Source: Candidatus Brocadiia bacterium
GTDB lineage: Bacteria; Planctomycetota; Brocadiia; CAIUPP01
DNA: 64,000 nt
Assembly: GCA_050015075.1 (NCBI GenBank)
Contig: JBEKCB010000003.1
Location: 1-64,000 of the forward strand
Direction: 5' to 3'
Of the stretch, positions 37,744-46,247 are shown one piece after another. The notes beneath the pieces were generated by a model. The model saw nothing but the letters and a program-made list of their open reading frames with translations. It was not told where the DNA came from and ran no database searches. The position numbers and the translations under genes were made by a program. How positions within the stretch are numbered: position 1 is the stretch's first letter; every line of letters begins with the position of its first letter.

Positions 37744-39015
37744 TCACCGGCCGGCTTCAGCCTTTCGGCCGAAACGGGCGAGCCATTGAGGCGTGATGTT
37801 CAGGCCGCCCCAACTGGCCGGCTCGTGGTTGGCTTCAAAAACCTTTCGCAGCGTCGGGTCATAGGGCGCCAGGGCGACCCAGAGCATGCCCGGAGTCTTT
37901 GCCCATCGCGGGTCGGCCTTTTCGCCGTCAATCCGCTGGAATTTTGCATTCTTGATTTGCTGGTTCCACATGAAGTCCCGGTTCGTGGCGATGAGCCGCG
38001 CGATGTCCTCTTTCGTGAAGACCAGGCCGTGTTCGTATGCCGCGACGATCCCGTCCACGTCAATCGAGTAGTACCCGCCGTTCGGATGCACGCCCACCCA
38101 GTGCCGGGTGGTGCCGTCGGCCTTGTAATCCCACGGCCCGGCCGGGTCCCAGTAATCCCAGACGAAATACTTGCCGTTCTCCCGGAGCTTCATGCGGGAC
38201 TTCTGCACGCGCCACCATTTCTCGGCGCGTTCCCGGTAGATGGGTTTATGCGTCACGTCGTACATGGCGATCAGCCACAGGGCGACGAAGTTCTCCTTGT
38301 TGTCCGGCAGGGAAAAGCCGTCCGTGTTTCTGCGTTCATATCCGGCGGTCCACTTGCCGGTCTTCGGGTCAACCCCGAACGGCGGGACGACCCACAGGCC
38401 GCCTTCCTTCGTCTCGTGCCAGGCGCCGCGCGAATCCCATTTCTCGAACATTTTTTCGGAGAGCCGAAGGTATTCCTCGGCCTTGGCGCCGTACTCTTTC
38501 TTCAGGGCCGGAGTCTTGAGAATCTCGCCGGCCATCATCACGACGGGGCGGAAGAACATCGCCTCGCCCATCTCGCTGTCGGTGGGAGCCTCGGCGCCAT
38601 CGGCCTTCGGCCAGCCGACGTACCCGTCCGGCCCCTTCACGCCGCGCTTGATGACGGAGTCGGCCCAGTCTATCAGGTGGTCCACCCACATGCGGTCGCC
38701 CGTCGCCATGTAGCCATAGTAGAACCCGTTCAGCAACGGCCAGCCGACGAGGTCTCCGATCTGCTCGCCCATTTCCCGATCGCAAGTGCGGTCGCGGGTC
38801 TCGCCGAGGATGTTCTGCTTCCAACGCCGCATCCACTCGCTGGCGAGCGCCGGGTCCATGCTCGGTCCTGCCTGAGCGGCCAGTCCCGTCGTCTCGTCCT
38901 TCGTCTGGCCCTGGGCGATGGAAAGGCACGACGGAAGAATCCACGCGATCAGCAGTCCCATCCCGGCCGCCGCAAGCAATCCGCGCGTCGCGCCGCCATG
39001 CGATCTGTGTGACAT
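37744..39015 (-). CDS. Secreted hypothetical protein, paralog 3
   Basis: Leader MSHRSHGGATRGLL; tandem duplicate of 36422-37705, including the upstream RBS region. Confidence 0.78.
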   Translation of the reverse strand: MSHRSHGGATRGLLAAAGMGLLIAWILPSCLSIAQGQTKDETTGLAAQAGPSMDPALASEWMRRWKQNILGETRDRTCDREMGEQIGDLVGWPLLNGFYYGYMATGDRMWVDHLIDWADSVIKRGVKGPDGYVGWPKADGAEAPTDSEMGEAMFFRPVVMMAGEILKTPALKKEYGAKAEEYLRLSEKMFEKWDSRGAWHETKEGGLWVVPPFGVDPKTGKWTAGYERRNTDGFSLPDNKENFVALWLIAMYDVTHKPIYRERAEKWWRVQKSRMKLRENGKYFVWDYWDPAGPWDYKADGTTRHWVGVHPNGGYYSIDVDGIVAAYEHGLVFTKEDIARLIATNRDFMWNQQIKNAKFQRIDGEKADPRWAKTPGMLWVALAPYDPTLRKVFEANHEPASWGGLNITPQWLARFGRKAEAGR

Positions 39016-39382
39016 ATCGGCCCTTTCAAAAGCGCTGCAAGGACGATGGCCTGCGGTCAGGCGCCCGATGTCATATTCTGACGACCGAAGTCATCCCCGT
39101 CAAGGAACCTTCGCAGATCGGCATGCTAAGACTGTTCCCGCAATTGATATCGGATGTCAAAGACCGATTTCCGGCCTTGCCGCGGCGTGGAGATTCAGGG
39201 GCAGCTTGGTGTAACCGCTTGATGTCTATGGAGATGTGTATAGCTTGCAGATCCGCCGTCGTCACGGCACACATTTTGCGATATCTTATCCGCAAAGGCG
39301 TGCGCGGGAAGCGCGCCAAGGGAACAACGGACGTGGCGATGGCGCCTCGGCGGTTTTGCCGCCGACTTGGGGAGGGGAAGTA

Positions 39383-39475
39383 ATGAGCACTACCGGATGG
39401 GTCATTCTAATCGTAGTGCTGTTAGTTTTGTTCGGCGGCGGCGGCGGTTACTATTACCGCAGAAGAGGAGAATAG
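39383..39475 (+). CDS. 30-aa membrane microprotein (DUF3309-like)
   Basis: MSTTGWVILIVVLLVLFGGGGGYYYRRRGE; GGAGG RBS. Confidence 0.7.
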   Translation: MSTTGWVILIVVLLVLFGGGGGYYYRRRGE

Positions 39476-39789
39476 GAAGTTGCCGCTCCCTCTGCGCCGG
39501 ACAGGTTAAACCTCGCCGAGGGGCCGAGCCTCGAAGAGGGAGTATCGGGCGCGGCGTCCGAGAAGTGATGCCACACTGATCGGACTCCGGTTTCTTATAT
39601 CTTCCGCATAATCGGATGTTAAAAACCGATTCGCGATCTTCCGTCGCCGGGGACAGCCGGCGGAAGGTTAGCCTAAGTGCCGGTTGCTCAGGGCGATATG
39701 GACAACTCATGAGTCCATCAGTCCTGCGGCACGATTATTGCGATGTGTTTCTCGGGTGCTTAAGGCACACTTTCTAAAGGAGGCCGAAC

Positions 39790-39924
39790 ATGGGGAAAGC
39801 AAGGCCGGTCAAAGTCGCATTGCTGCTGGCTCTGCTGCTTTTGCCGATGCTGCTGTCGCTGTCCGGATGCATCTGGCGCGGTGACCATGACCACGATCAC
39901 CACGACGATCATCATGACAGGTAA
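39790..39924 (+). CDS. 44-aa His/Asp-rich lipoprotein (missing from the ORF track)
   Basis: [44 protein letters not shown]; AAAGGAGG RBS; LSGC lipobox. Confidence 0.75.
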   Translation: MGKARPVKVALLLALLLLPMLLSLSGCIWRGDHDHDHHDDHHDR

Positions 39925-39968
39925 GGAATGGGTTGCCGGCAACCGGGGTTAAGAAAAGGAGTACTCGC

Positions 39969-40133
39969 ATGCTTTACTACGCATTGATTTTCCTGCTCGT
40001 GGCCATCGTGGCTGGCGTCCTGGGGTTCGGCGTTATCGCGGGCACGGCGGCCTCGATCGCGAAAATTCTTTTCATCATATTCGTGGTGCTGTTCGTCATT
40101 TCGCTGATAACGCACACCAGGCGGCGAGGGTAG
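39969..40133 (+). CDS. DUF1328 (YtjA/UPF0391) small membrane protein
   Basis: [38 protein letters not shown]; AAGGAG RBS. Confidence 0.9.
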   Translation: MLYYALIFLLVAIVAGVLGFGVIAGTAASIAKILFIIFVVLFVISLITHTRRRG

Positions 40134-40178
40134 CCGCCTGTTGAATTGGGCCTTTACTTCATCATGGGGAGAAAAGCC

Positions 40179-40730
40179 ATGAACAAGACATTGATCGGGT
40201 TCGCAGCAGTGCTGGTGTTGGCTCTTGGGATGACGGCGTGCGAGGAAAAGACCACGTCCGAGAAAGCATCGGAGACGGGGAAGTCGGCCGGACAGTCCGT
40301 TAACAATGCCGCCAATGCCGCCGGCAATGCCGTTGGCGACGCTGCAAAGGCCACGGGCCATGCCGTTGGCGAGGCCGCAAAGGCCACGGGCAACGCCGTT
40401 GGCGACGCTGCAAAGGCCACGGGCGACTGGTTGGCCGGGTCGAAGGACGACGCGGTCAAGGCCGCGCAGGCGAAGGTTGACACGTTGGAGGCCAAGTGGC
40501 AGGCGTTACAGGACAAGGCCGCACCGGCCACCGACGACGCCAAGGCTGACTTGCAGAAGGCCAAGGACCAGATGACCCAGCTCCTCGCCGACGCCAAGGC
40601 AAAGCTTGCCGAGGCCAAGGACGCCACCGACGACGCTTGGCAGAAGGACATCAAGCCCGCGCTCGCCGCCGCCCTGGACAAGGCGCAGAAGCTCTATGAC
40701 GACGCCGCCGCTGAGTTCGGCGGCAAGTAG
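40179..40730 (+). CDS. Ala/Lys/Asp-rich helical lipoprotein with 11-mer repeats (LEA-like)
   Basis: Lipobox MTAC; three 33-nt repeats GxAVGD/EAAKAT at 40323-40421. Confidence 0.8.
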   Translation: MNKTLIGFAAVLVLALGMTACEEKTTSEKASETGKSAGQSVNNAANAAGNAVGDAAKATGHAVGEAAKATGNAVGDAAKATGDWLAGSKDDAVKAAQAKVDTLEAKWQALQDKAAPATDDAKADLQKAKDQMTQLLADAKAKLAEAKDATDDAWQKDIKPALAAALDKAQKLYDDAAAEFGGK

Positions 40731-40805
40731 GCGCGCACGCTGCCGGGGCACACCCCGGCAGCGAGGTGACGATCTCAAAGGAACTTTTACTGAGAAGGAT
40801 CAGCC

Positions 40806-41015
40806 ATGGAACACACTGCAAAGGCCGAAGCTCAAGAGCTTCGCGAGAAGATCGGCGAGCTGAAGGATGACTTCACCGACGCCGCCAGGACGGCGAAGGA
40901 TCGCGCGGTCAAAGGCACGACGGAATGGGTCAAGGAGCACCCCTTTGCCGCGATCGGCATCGCCGCAGGCGTCGGCTTTGTGTTAGGCATCCTCGTCGGG
41001 CGCAAGTCGGCTTAA
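40806..41015 (+). CDS. DUF883 / ElaB-YqjD family tail-anchored protein
   Basis: WVKEHPFAAIGIAAGVGFVLGILVGRK. Confidence 0.88.
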   Translation: MEHTAKAEAQELREKIGELKDDFTDAARTAKDRAVKGTTEWVKEHPFAAIGIAAGVGFVLGILVGRKSA

Positions 41016-41058
41016 GAGGAACACCCGAGGGTGCTGTTCAGCAGCGGGAGCCGATAAC

Positions 41059-41391
41059 ATGACCGAGCCCAACGACGGCCCTCAGGCCGGGCTGATGGAG
41101 CACATCCAGCGCATCCTCGTTCACGGCCTGGGCGCTCTGCGCTGCTACATCACCATGCTGGCGGCGGAAGGAGAGCGGCGCGGCCGGCGGCTGCTGGACC
41201 AGGCAATGTGGGTGCTCCTGCTGGCGGCCCTCGGCTTCCTGGGCGTGGGCTTGTTCGCTTTCGGCGCGGCCCAGTGGATCGAGAGCCGCCTGTCGGTGCC
41301 CGGCTCCGGCGCGATGATCGTCGGCATGGCGCTGATGGTGATCTTCCTGTCCATCGCCCTGGCGCGCGCGCTGCGAAAGGAGCGGGACTGA
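41059..41391 (+). CDS. YqjE-like (phage holin family) membrane protein
   Basis: Two TM helices after LAAEGERR; position immediately after the DUF883 gene. Confidence 0.65.
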   Translation: MTEPNDGPQAGLMEHIQRILVHGLGALRCYITMLAAEGERRGRRLLDQAMWVLLLAALGFLGVGLFAFGAAQWIESRLSVPGSGAMIVGMALMVIFLSIALARALRKERD

Positions 41392-41750
41392 TGAGCGATC
41401 CCCGCCCGCGCGTGAGCGACCTGACGCCCGAAGAGCTTGAACTCCTGGCGCTGGAGCACGTCGAGAGCATGTTCATCGAACTCCGCGCCACGAGCGCGGC
41501 CGCCCGCGAGCAGTGCCACCCGGTGAAGTTGATCAAGGCCCATCCCTTCATCGCCGCGGGGATCGCGGCGGCGGCGTTCATGCTCGCCCGGCAACTGTCG
41601 CCGAAGCCCGCCGGAAGTTCCGGGAAGAAAGCCGCGGCTGCCGCGCCCGGCTTGTTCGATTCCCTGCTGTCCGGCGTGGCAGGCGCTGCAGGCAACGCGT
41701 TGCCGGAGCTGGTGGCATCCTGGCTGGCCCAGGGAAACAAGCTGGCCTGA
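41391..41750 (+). CDS. Hypothetical protein (YqjK-like position)
   Basis: TGATG overlap with the previous gene; IKAHPFIAAGIAAAA. Confidence 0.6.
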   Translation: MSDPRPRVSDLTPEELELLALEHVESMFIELRATSAAAREQCHPVKLIKAHPFIAAGIAAAAFMLARQLSPKPAGSSGKKAAAAAPGLFDSLLSGVAGAAGNALPELVASWLAQGNKLA

Positions 41751-41968
41751 TTGTCTAACCGGGCTCAGAACAAGTTATCAAAACCTCGTCATCGCACTCC
41801 TGCTCGTAATCGCTTGCCCGCCGTAGCCTTGGCGAAGGCGGGTAATCGCCGATTCCGTCCCAGCAGGCCGAAGCGCTTCTCCCCGGAAGGATTTACAGAA
41901 CCGGCGTTTCGTTGTATGATTGCTCCTTTGACGCGGCCGGTTCCGGCCGGTTCCTTTCGGTTCAATCC

Positions 41969-42844
41969 ATGGCTGATGAGCGTTCGCCCGAGGCGATTGA
42001 CGCGGTGGCTCAGAAACTGCTCGCGCGGTACGGCGAGCACGTGGCCGCGCTGATCGCGTACGGCTCGCGCGTCTTCGGCCAGGCGCGCCGCGGGAGCGCG
42101 TTCGATTTCTGGCTGATCGTCCGCGATGCCGAGGCGTTCCATCGCGCCAACGCGGAGTTCTATCGCACCTGCCTCAACGTGCCGAGCACGCCCGAGGAGC
42201 AGATCCGCCTCAACCGCGCCGGCCCGCTCTTCTACGCGCTCAGGGAGGACGGCGCCGAGGTGAAGCTGGCCGTGCTCGACGAGCGCAGCTTGGCCGAGTT
42301 CTGCGTCCATGACTGGTGGACCGTCAAGGGCCGCATGCAGAAGCCGCTGCGGATGATCCGCTCGACGCCAGCGGTGGACCAGGCGATCCTCTCCGCGCGC
42401 CGCGAGGCGCTCGCCTGCGCGCTCAACCTGGTCCCGCGCGAGTTCACCACCGAAGAACTGCTGCGCGAGATCGTCGGCCTGAGCTACCGCGCCGAGGTGC
42501 GCCCGGAGAACAAGTCGGCCAAGGTCCGCTCGATCCTCGAAGCCGGCCGCGCGGAGCTGGGGCGGATTTACCTGCCGCTCCTCGCAGAGCTGCCGTACGT
42601 CGAGCCGCGCGGCGAAGGCTGGCTGGACCGGCGCGGCGCCGAAGAACGCGCCCGCGCGCGCGCCGCCACTCTGCGCGCGCTCCGCCGGTCCAAGTGGTGC
42701 CGGCAGAGCCTCCGCTTCATCTGGCGCAACTACCGCTCCTACGCCAAGCCGCTGCGGTATATCCTCCTGAAGATGGTCGGTGAGGTCGAGAAGACGTTCA
42801 AACGACGGTCAGTGAGGCCCAATGGCCCTGGTAACGCTGAATGA
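41969..42844 (+). CDS. Tam41/Mmp37-like nucleotidyltransferase (putative phosphatidate cytidylyltransferase)
   Basis: AYGSRVFGQ, FDFWLIV, KGRMQKPL and EFTTEELLREIVGLSYRAEVRPENKSAKVRSI match the order of Tam41 motifs. Confidence 0.75.
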   Translation: MADERSPEAIDAVAQKLLARYGEHVAALIAYGSRVFGQARRGSAFDFWLIVRDAEAFHRANAEFYRTCLNVPSTPEEQIRLNRAGPLFYALREDGAEVKLAVLDERSLAEFCVHDWWTVKGRMQKPLRMIRSTPAVDQAILSARREALACALNLVPREFTTEELLREIVGLSYRAEVRPENKSAKVRSILEAGRAELGRIYLPLLAELPYVEPRGEGWLDRRGAEERARARAATLRALRRSKWCRQSLRFIWRNYRSYAKPLRYILLKMVGEVEKTFKRRSVRPNGPGNAE

Positions 42845-44723
42845 AGTCAGCATGATGTTCTCCGGCCGCCGCGTGCTCGATGCGGCCGCGCTCAGCCTGC
42901 ACGAGGGCGAGGCGGTCGGCCTGATCGGGGCGAACGGGTCGGGCAAGACGACGCTGCTGCGGATCATCGCCGGCGCCGCGCAGCCCGACTCCGGCCGCGT
43001 GGACCGCCGCAAGGGCCTGCGCATCGGCTTCATGGAGCAGGAGCCCGACCTGTCCCCGGAGATGAGCCTGCACGACGCCGCGCTGGGCGCCTTCGCCGAG
43101 CTGCTCGAGACGGAGCGGCGGATGCGCGAGCTGGAGCGCGAGATCGCCGAAGCGCAGGCGGACCCGCGCCATCACCTGCTCCGGCAACTCGGCGCGCTGC
43201 AGACGCAGTTCGAGCACGCCGGCGGCTACGAGCACGAAAGCCGAACCGAGGCCGCGCTGATGGGGCTGGGCTTCACGCGCGACGAGTTCGCGCGGCCCGT
43301 CTCCGTCCTCAGCGGCGGCGAGCGCACGCGCCTGGCCCTCGCGCGCCTGCTGCTGCGCGACGCCGAACTGCTGCTCCTCGACGAGCCCACCAACCACCTC
43401 GACCTCGCCGGCATCGAATGGCTCGAGACGTACCTCCAGAAGAAGTTCCGCGGCGCCGCGCTGATCGTCTCCCACGACCGCCTCTTCCTCGACCGCACGG
43501 TGAAGAAGATCCTCGACCTCGACGCCGGCCGCGTGACGGAATATCCGGGCAACTACACGCAGTACGCCGGGCAGAAGGAGCTTCACCGCCTGGAGCAGAC
43601 GCGCAAGTACCAGGAGCAGCGCGCGTTCATCGAGAAGGAGGAGGATTTCATCCGCCGCTACCATGCCGCGCAGCGCGGCCGCGAGGCGCGCGGGCGGCAG
43701 AAGCGGCTCGACCGGGTCGAGCGCATCGCCGCGCCGACGCACCACCGGAAGATCGCCGTCCGGTTCCAGCCGCGGCGCGAGTCCGGCGAGACGTGCGTCC
43801 GCGTCGAGGCGCTCACGAAGCGCTTCGGCGAGCGCACGCTCTTCCGCGGACTCGACCTCGAAGTCGCGCGCGGCGAGCGCGTCGCCATCATCGGCCCGAA
43901 CGGCTCCGGCAAGACCACGCTGCTCAGGATTTTGCTCGGCGAGGCGGAGCCCGACGGCGGCACGCTCTACGTCGGCCACCAGGTCCACTTCGGCTACCTG
44001 CCGCAGGAGCCCACCGGGCTGAATTCCGAACAGACCGTCCTCGAGACGGTGTGGGGGCGCGACCGGAAGCAGGACGAAGTCGCCGTGCGCAGCCTCCTCG
44101 GCCGGTTCCTCTTCAGCGGCGACGACGCGGTCGGCAAACGGCTGTGCGACCTGAGCGGCGGCGAGCGCACCCGCGTGGCGCTGGCCTGCCTGATGGTGGA
44201 CCGCCCCAACGCGCTGGTGCTCGACGAGCCGACGAACCACCTGGACATCGCCTCGCGCGAGGCGCTCGAGGCCGCGCTCGAGACCTACGGCGGCACGCTG
44301 ATCATGGTCTCGCACGACCGCTACTTCATCAACCGGCTCGCGCAGAAACTGCTCGTGCTCGACGGCGCCGGCGGCGCGCCGAAGCTGGTCCTCGGCAACT
44401 ACGAGACGTACGAGAGCGCGCGCCAGGAAGCCGCCGCGCTCGCGCAGTCCGCGGCGCCCAGGCAGAAAAAGTCCGCCGGCTTGCCCTCCGGAGCTTCAGC
44501 CAAGGAGGGCCGCCGGCCGCTCTCGAAGAACCGGCTCGCCGGCCTCGAAGCCGACATCTCGCGGATGGAAGCGGAGAAGAACCGTCTCGAGGAGGACCTC
44601 GCAAAGCCCGAACTCTATTCCGACCCGGTCAAGGCGCGCGAGACGCCGAGGCAGTACGAAAAGGTCTGCCGCGAACTCGAGGCGCTCTACCGCGAGTGGA
44701 CGGAGAACGAAGTAGCGCCCTAG
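42822..44723 (+). CDS. ABC-F family ATPase (Uup/YheS-like)
   Basis: Two ABC domains (GANGSGKTT, GPNGSGKTT, LSGGERTR twice, LDEPTNHLD twice), no TM segments, C-terminal coiled coil. Confidence 0.93.
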   Translation: MALVTLNEVSMMFSGRRVLDAAALSLHEGEAVGLIGANGSGKTTLLRIIAGAAQPDSGRVDRRKGLRIGFMEQEPDLSPEMSLHDAALGAFAELLETERRMRELEREIAEAQADPRHHLLRQLGALQTQFEHAGGYEHESRTEAALMGLGFTRDEFARPVSVLSGGERTRLALARLLLRDAELLLLDEPTNHLDLAGIEWLETYLQKKFRGAALIVSHDRLFLDRTVKKILDLDAGRVTEYPGNYTQYAGQKELHRLEQTRKYQEQRAFIEKEEDFIRRYHAAQRGREARGRQKRLDRVERIAAPTHHRKIAVRFQPRRESGETCVRVEALTKRFGERTLFRGLDLEVARGERVAIIGPNGSGKTTLLRILLGEAEPDGGTLYVGHQVHFGYLPQEPTGLNSEQTVLETVWGRDRKQDEVAVRSLLGRFLFSGDDAVGKRLCDLSGGERTRVALACLMVDRPNALVLDEPTNHLDIASREALEAALETYGGTLIMVSHDRYFINRLAQKLLVLDGAGGAPKLVLGNYETYESARQEAAALAQSAAPRQKKSAGLPSGASAKEGRRPLSKNRLAGLEADISRMEAEKNRLEEDLAKPELYSDPVKARETPRQYEKVCRELEALYREWTENEVAP

Positions 44724-44763
44724 AAGGACGAAAGCGGAAATGCGCTGATGCTTCGCGCGTTCA

Positions 44764-45369
44764 TCATCTATCCTGCGCTCTTTGAATCTCCAATCCCGGC
44801 AAGGCTTTCTTGAGGCGATCGAGCCCGCTTTCCGTCACTTTGGGGCATCCTCGCACGTAAAGCTCTTTCAAGGCCGTCTTTTCCCTCAAGCCTTCGAGGC
44901 CCGCATCGGTCAGTTGATCGTCATAAAAGAGGCACAGATTCCACACGTTCTTGGGAATATGCGCAAGTTCGCCGTCGGTAACATTGGTTCTTGTCAGGAA
45001 AAATTGTCCGAGGCCCTTCAAATCGTCCATATGCGCCATTCCCTGTTCGGTGAGATTGGCGCAGTTATCCAGGTCCAGCACAGACACGCCGCCCAAATAT
45101 TGGAGTCCAGAACCGGTGAACTTGGGGCTGCTGATCGTGACCTGCTCATCCCCAATCCATTTGATTCGTGCCAGTGGCGCGAGCCCGGCGTCGGTCACTT
45201 GGGAATCATACAATTGGAGGCAATCAAGCTTACTGCGCCCTTTTAGCGCTGCAGCCAGGTCGGAATCCGTCGCGCCTTTCGGCATCGCCAGGTAGCCGCC
45301 GTCATCATAGTCCTTCCAGTTGCAGCCTGAGAGCGCCAGCAGAACGCAGCAAAGCGCATAATACCGCAT
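44764..45369 (-). CDS. Leucine-rich-repeat lipoprotein
   Basis: Lipobox LSGC; repeats of LxLxxTxVTDAGLxxL; ends RLKKALPGLEI; GGAGG RBS. Confidence 0.8.
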   Translation of the reverse strand: MRYYALCCVLLALSGCNWKDYDDGGYLAMPKGATDSDLAAALKGRSKLDCLQLYDSQVTDAGLAPLARIKWIGDEQVTISSPKFTGSGLQYLGGVSVLDLDNCANLTEQGMAHMDDLKGLGQFFLTRTNVTDGELAHIPKNVWNLCLFYDDQLTDAGLEGLREKTALKELYVRGCPKVTESGLDRLKKALPGLEIQRAQDR

Positions 45370-45546
45370 CAGGGCGCCTCCTCTGAACCGCCGAATCCGC
45401 TCGGATTGCGCTCAAGGGGATTCTACTGCACATACGCTCAATGTCAAGATGCGGGCGCTCTGTATTCTGAATTCTGCGGTTCGGGTTCTCTTTGCACTCT
45501 GCTCGCGTGGCTGATAAGATCGCTGCACCCCGGTAAAGGAGGCCGA

Positions 45547-46209
45547 ATGAATCTGATCGAACTCTTCAAGGAATACTTCCTGCACCTCGACAAGCACCTG
45601 CCCGCGTTCGTGGATGCGCACGGGGCCTGGGTGTACGGGCTGATGTTCGTGATCATATTCGCCGAGACCGGGCTGGTGGTGACGCCGTTCCTGCCGGGCG
45701 ACTCGCTGCTGTTCCTCGCGGGTTTCGTCGCCGTTGGCAGCACCGTGGTGAACCCCGCGCTGCTGATCCTGATCCTGGCGGCGGCGGCGATCCTCGGCGA
45801 CACGGTGAACTACTCGGCCGGGCACTTCATCGGGCCGAAGGTGTTCAAGAGGCCCAAGTCGCTGCTCTTCAACCCGGAGCACCTCCAACGCGCGCACCGG
45901 TTCTACGAGAAGTACGGCGGCGAGACGATCATCATCGCGCGGTTCATGCCGATCATCCGCACGTTCGCGCCGTTCGTCGCCGGGATCGGCCGGATGAGCT
46001 ACGCGCGGTTCATCTCCTACAACGTCATCGGCGGCGCCGGCTGGGTGACGCTCCTCGTACTGGCCGGGTATTCGATCGGCCGGCTGCAAATCGTCCGCGA
46101 TCATCTCAGCGTCGTCACCATGGTCATCATCGCGCTCTCCGTCATGCCGGCGGTCATCGAGGCGTATCGGGCCTGGCGCGAAAAACGACAAGGGCAAGGT
46201 GTAAAATGA
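45547..46209 (+). CDS. dedA: DedA family membrane protein
   Basis: FAETGLVVTPFLPGDSLLF, GDTVNY and ARFMPIIRTFAPFVAG motifs; AAAGGAGG RBS. Confidence 0.95.
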   Translation: MNLIELFKEYFLHLDKHLPAFVDAHGAWVYGLMFVIIFAETGLVVTPFLPGDSLLFLAGFVAVGSTVVNPALLILILAAAAILGDTVNYSAGHFIGPKVFKRPKSLLFNPEHLQRAHRFYEKYGGETIIIARFMPIIRTFAPFVAGIGRMSYARFISYNVIGGAGWVTLLVLAGYSIGRLQIVRDHLSVVTMVIIALSVMPAVIEAYRAWREKRQGQGVK

Positions 46210-46247
46210 CGTACGCGCCGTTGAGCTTGCGGAAAGGAGAAGCGGAT

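Noticed and set aside
34916-37789. 957-aa plus-strand ORF
   Set aside because: Antisense to mgrA and its neighbours, with no recognisable motifs.
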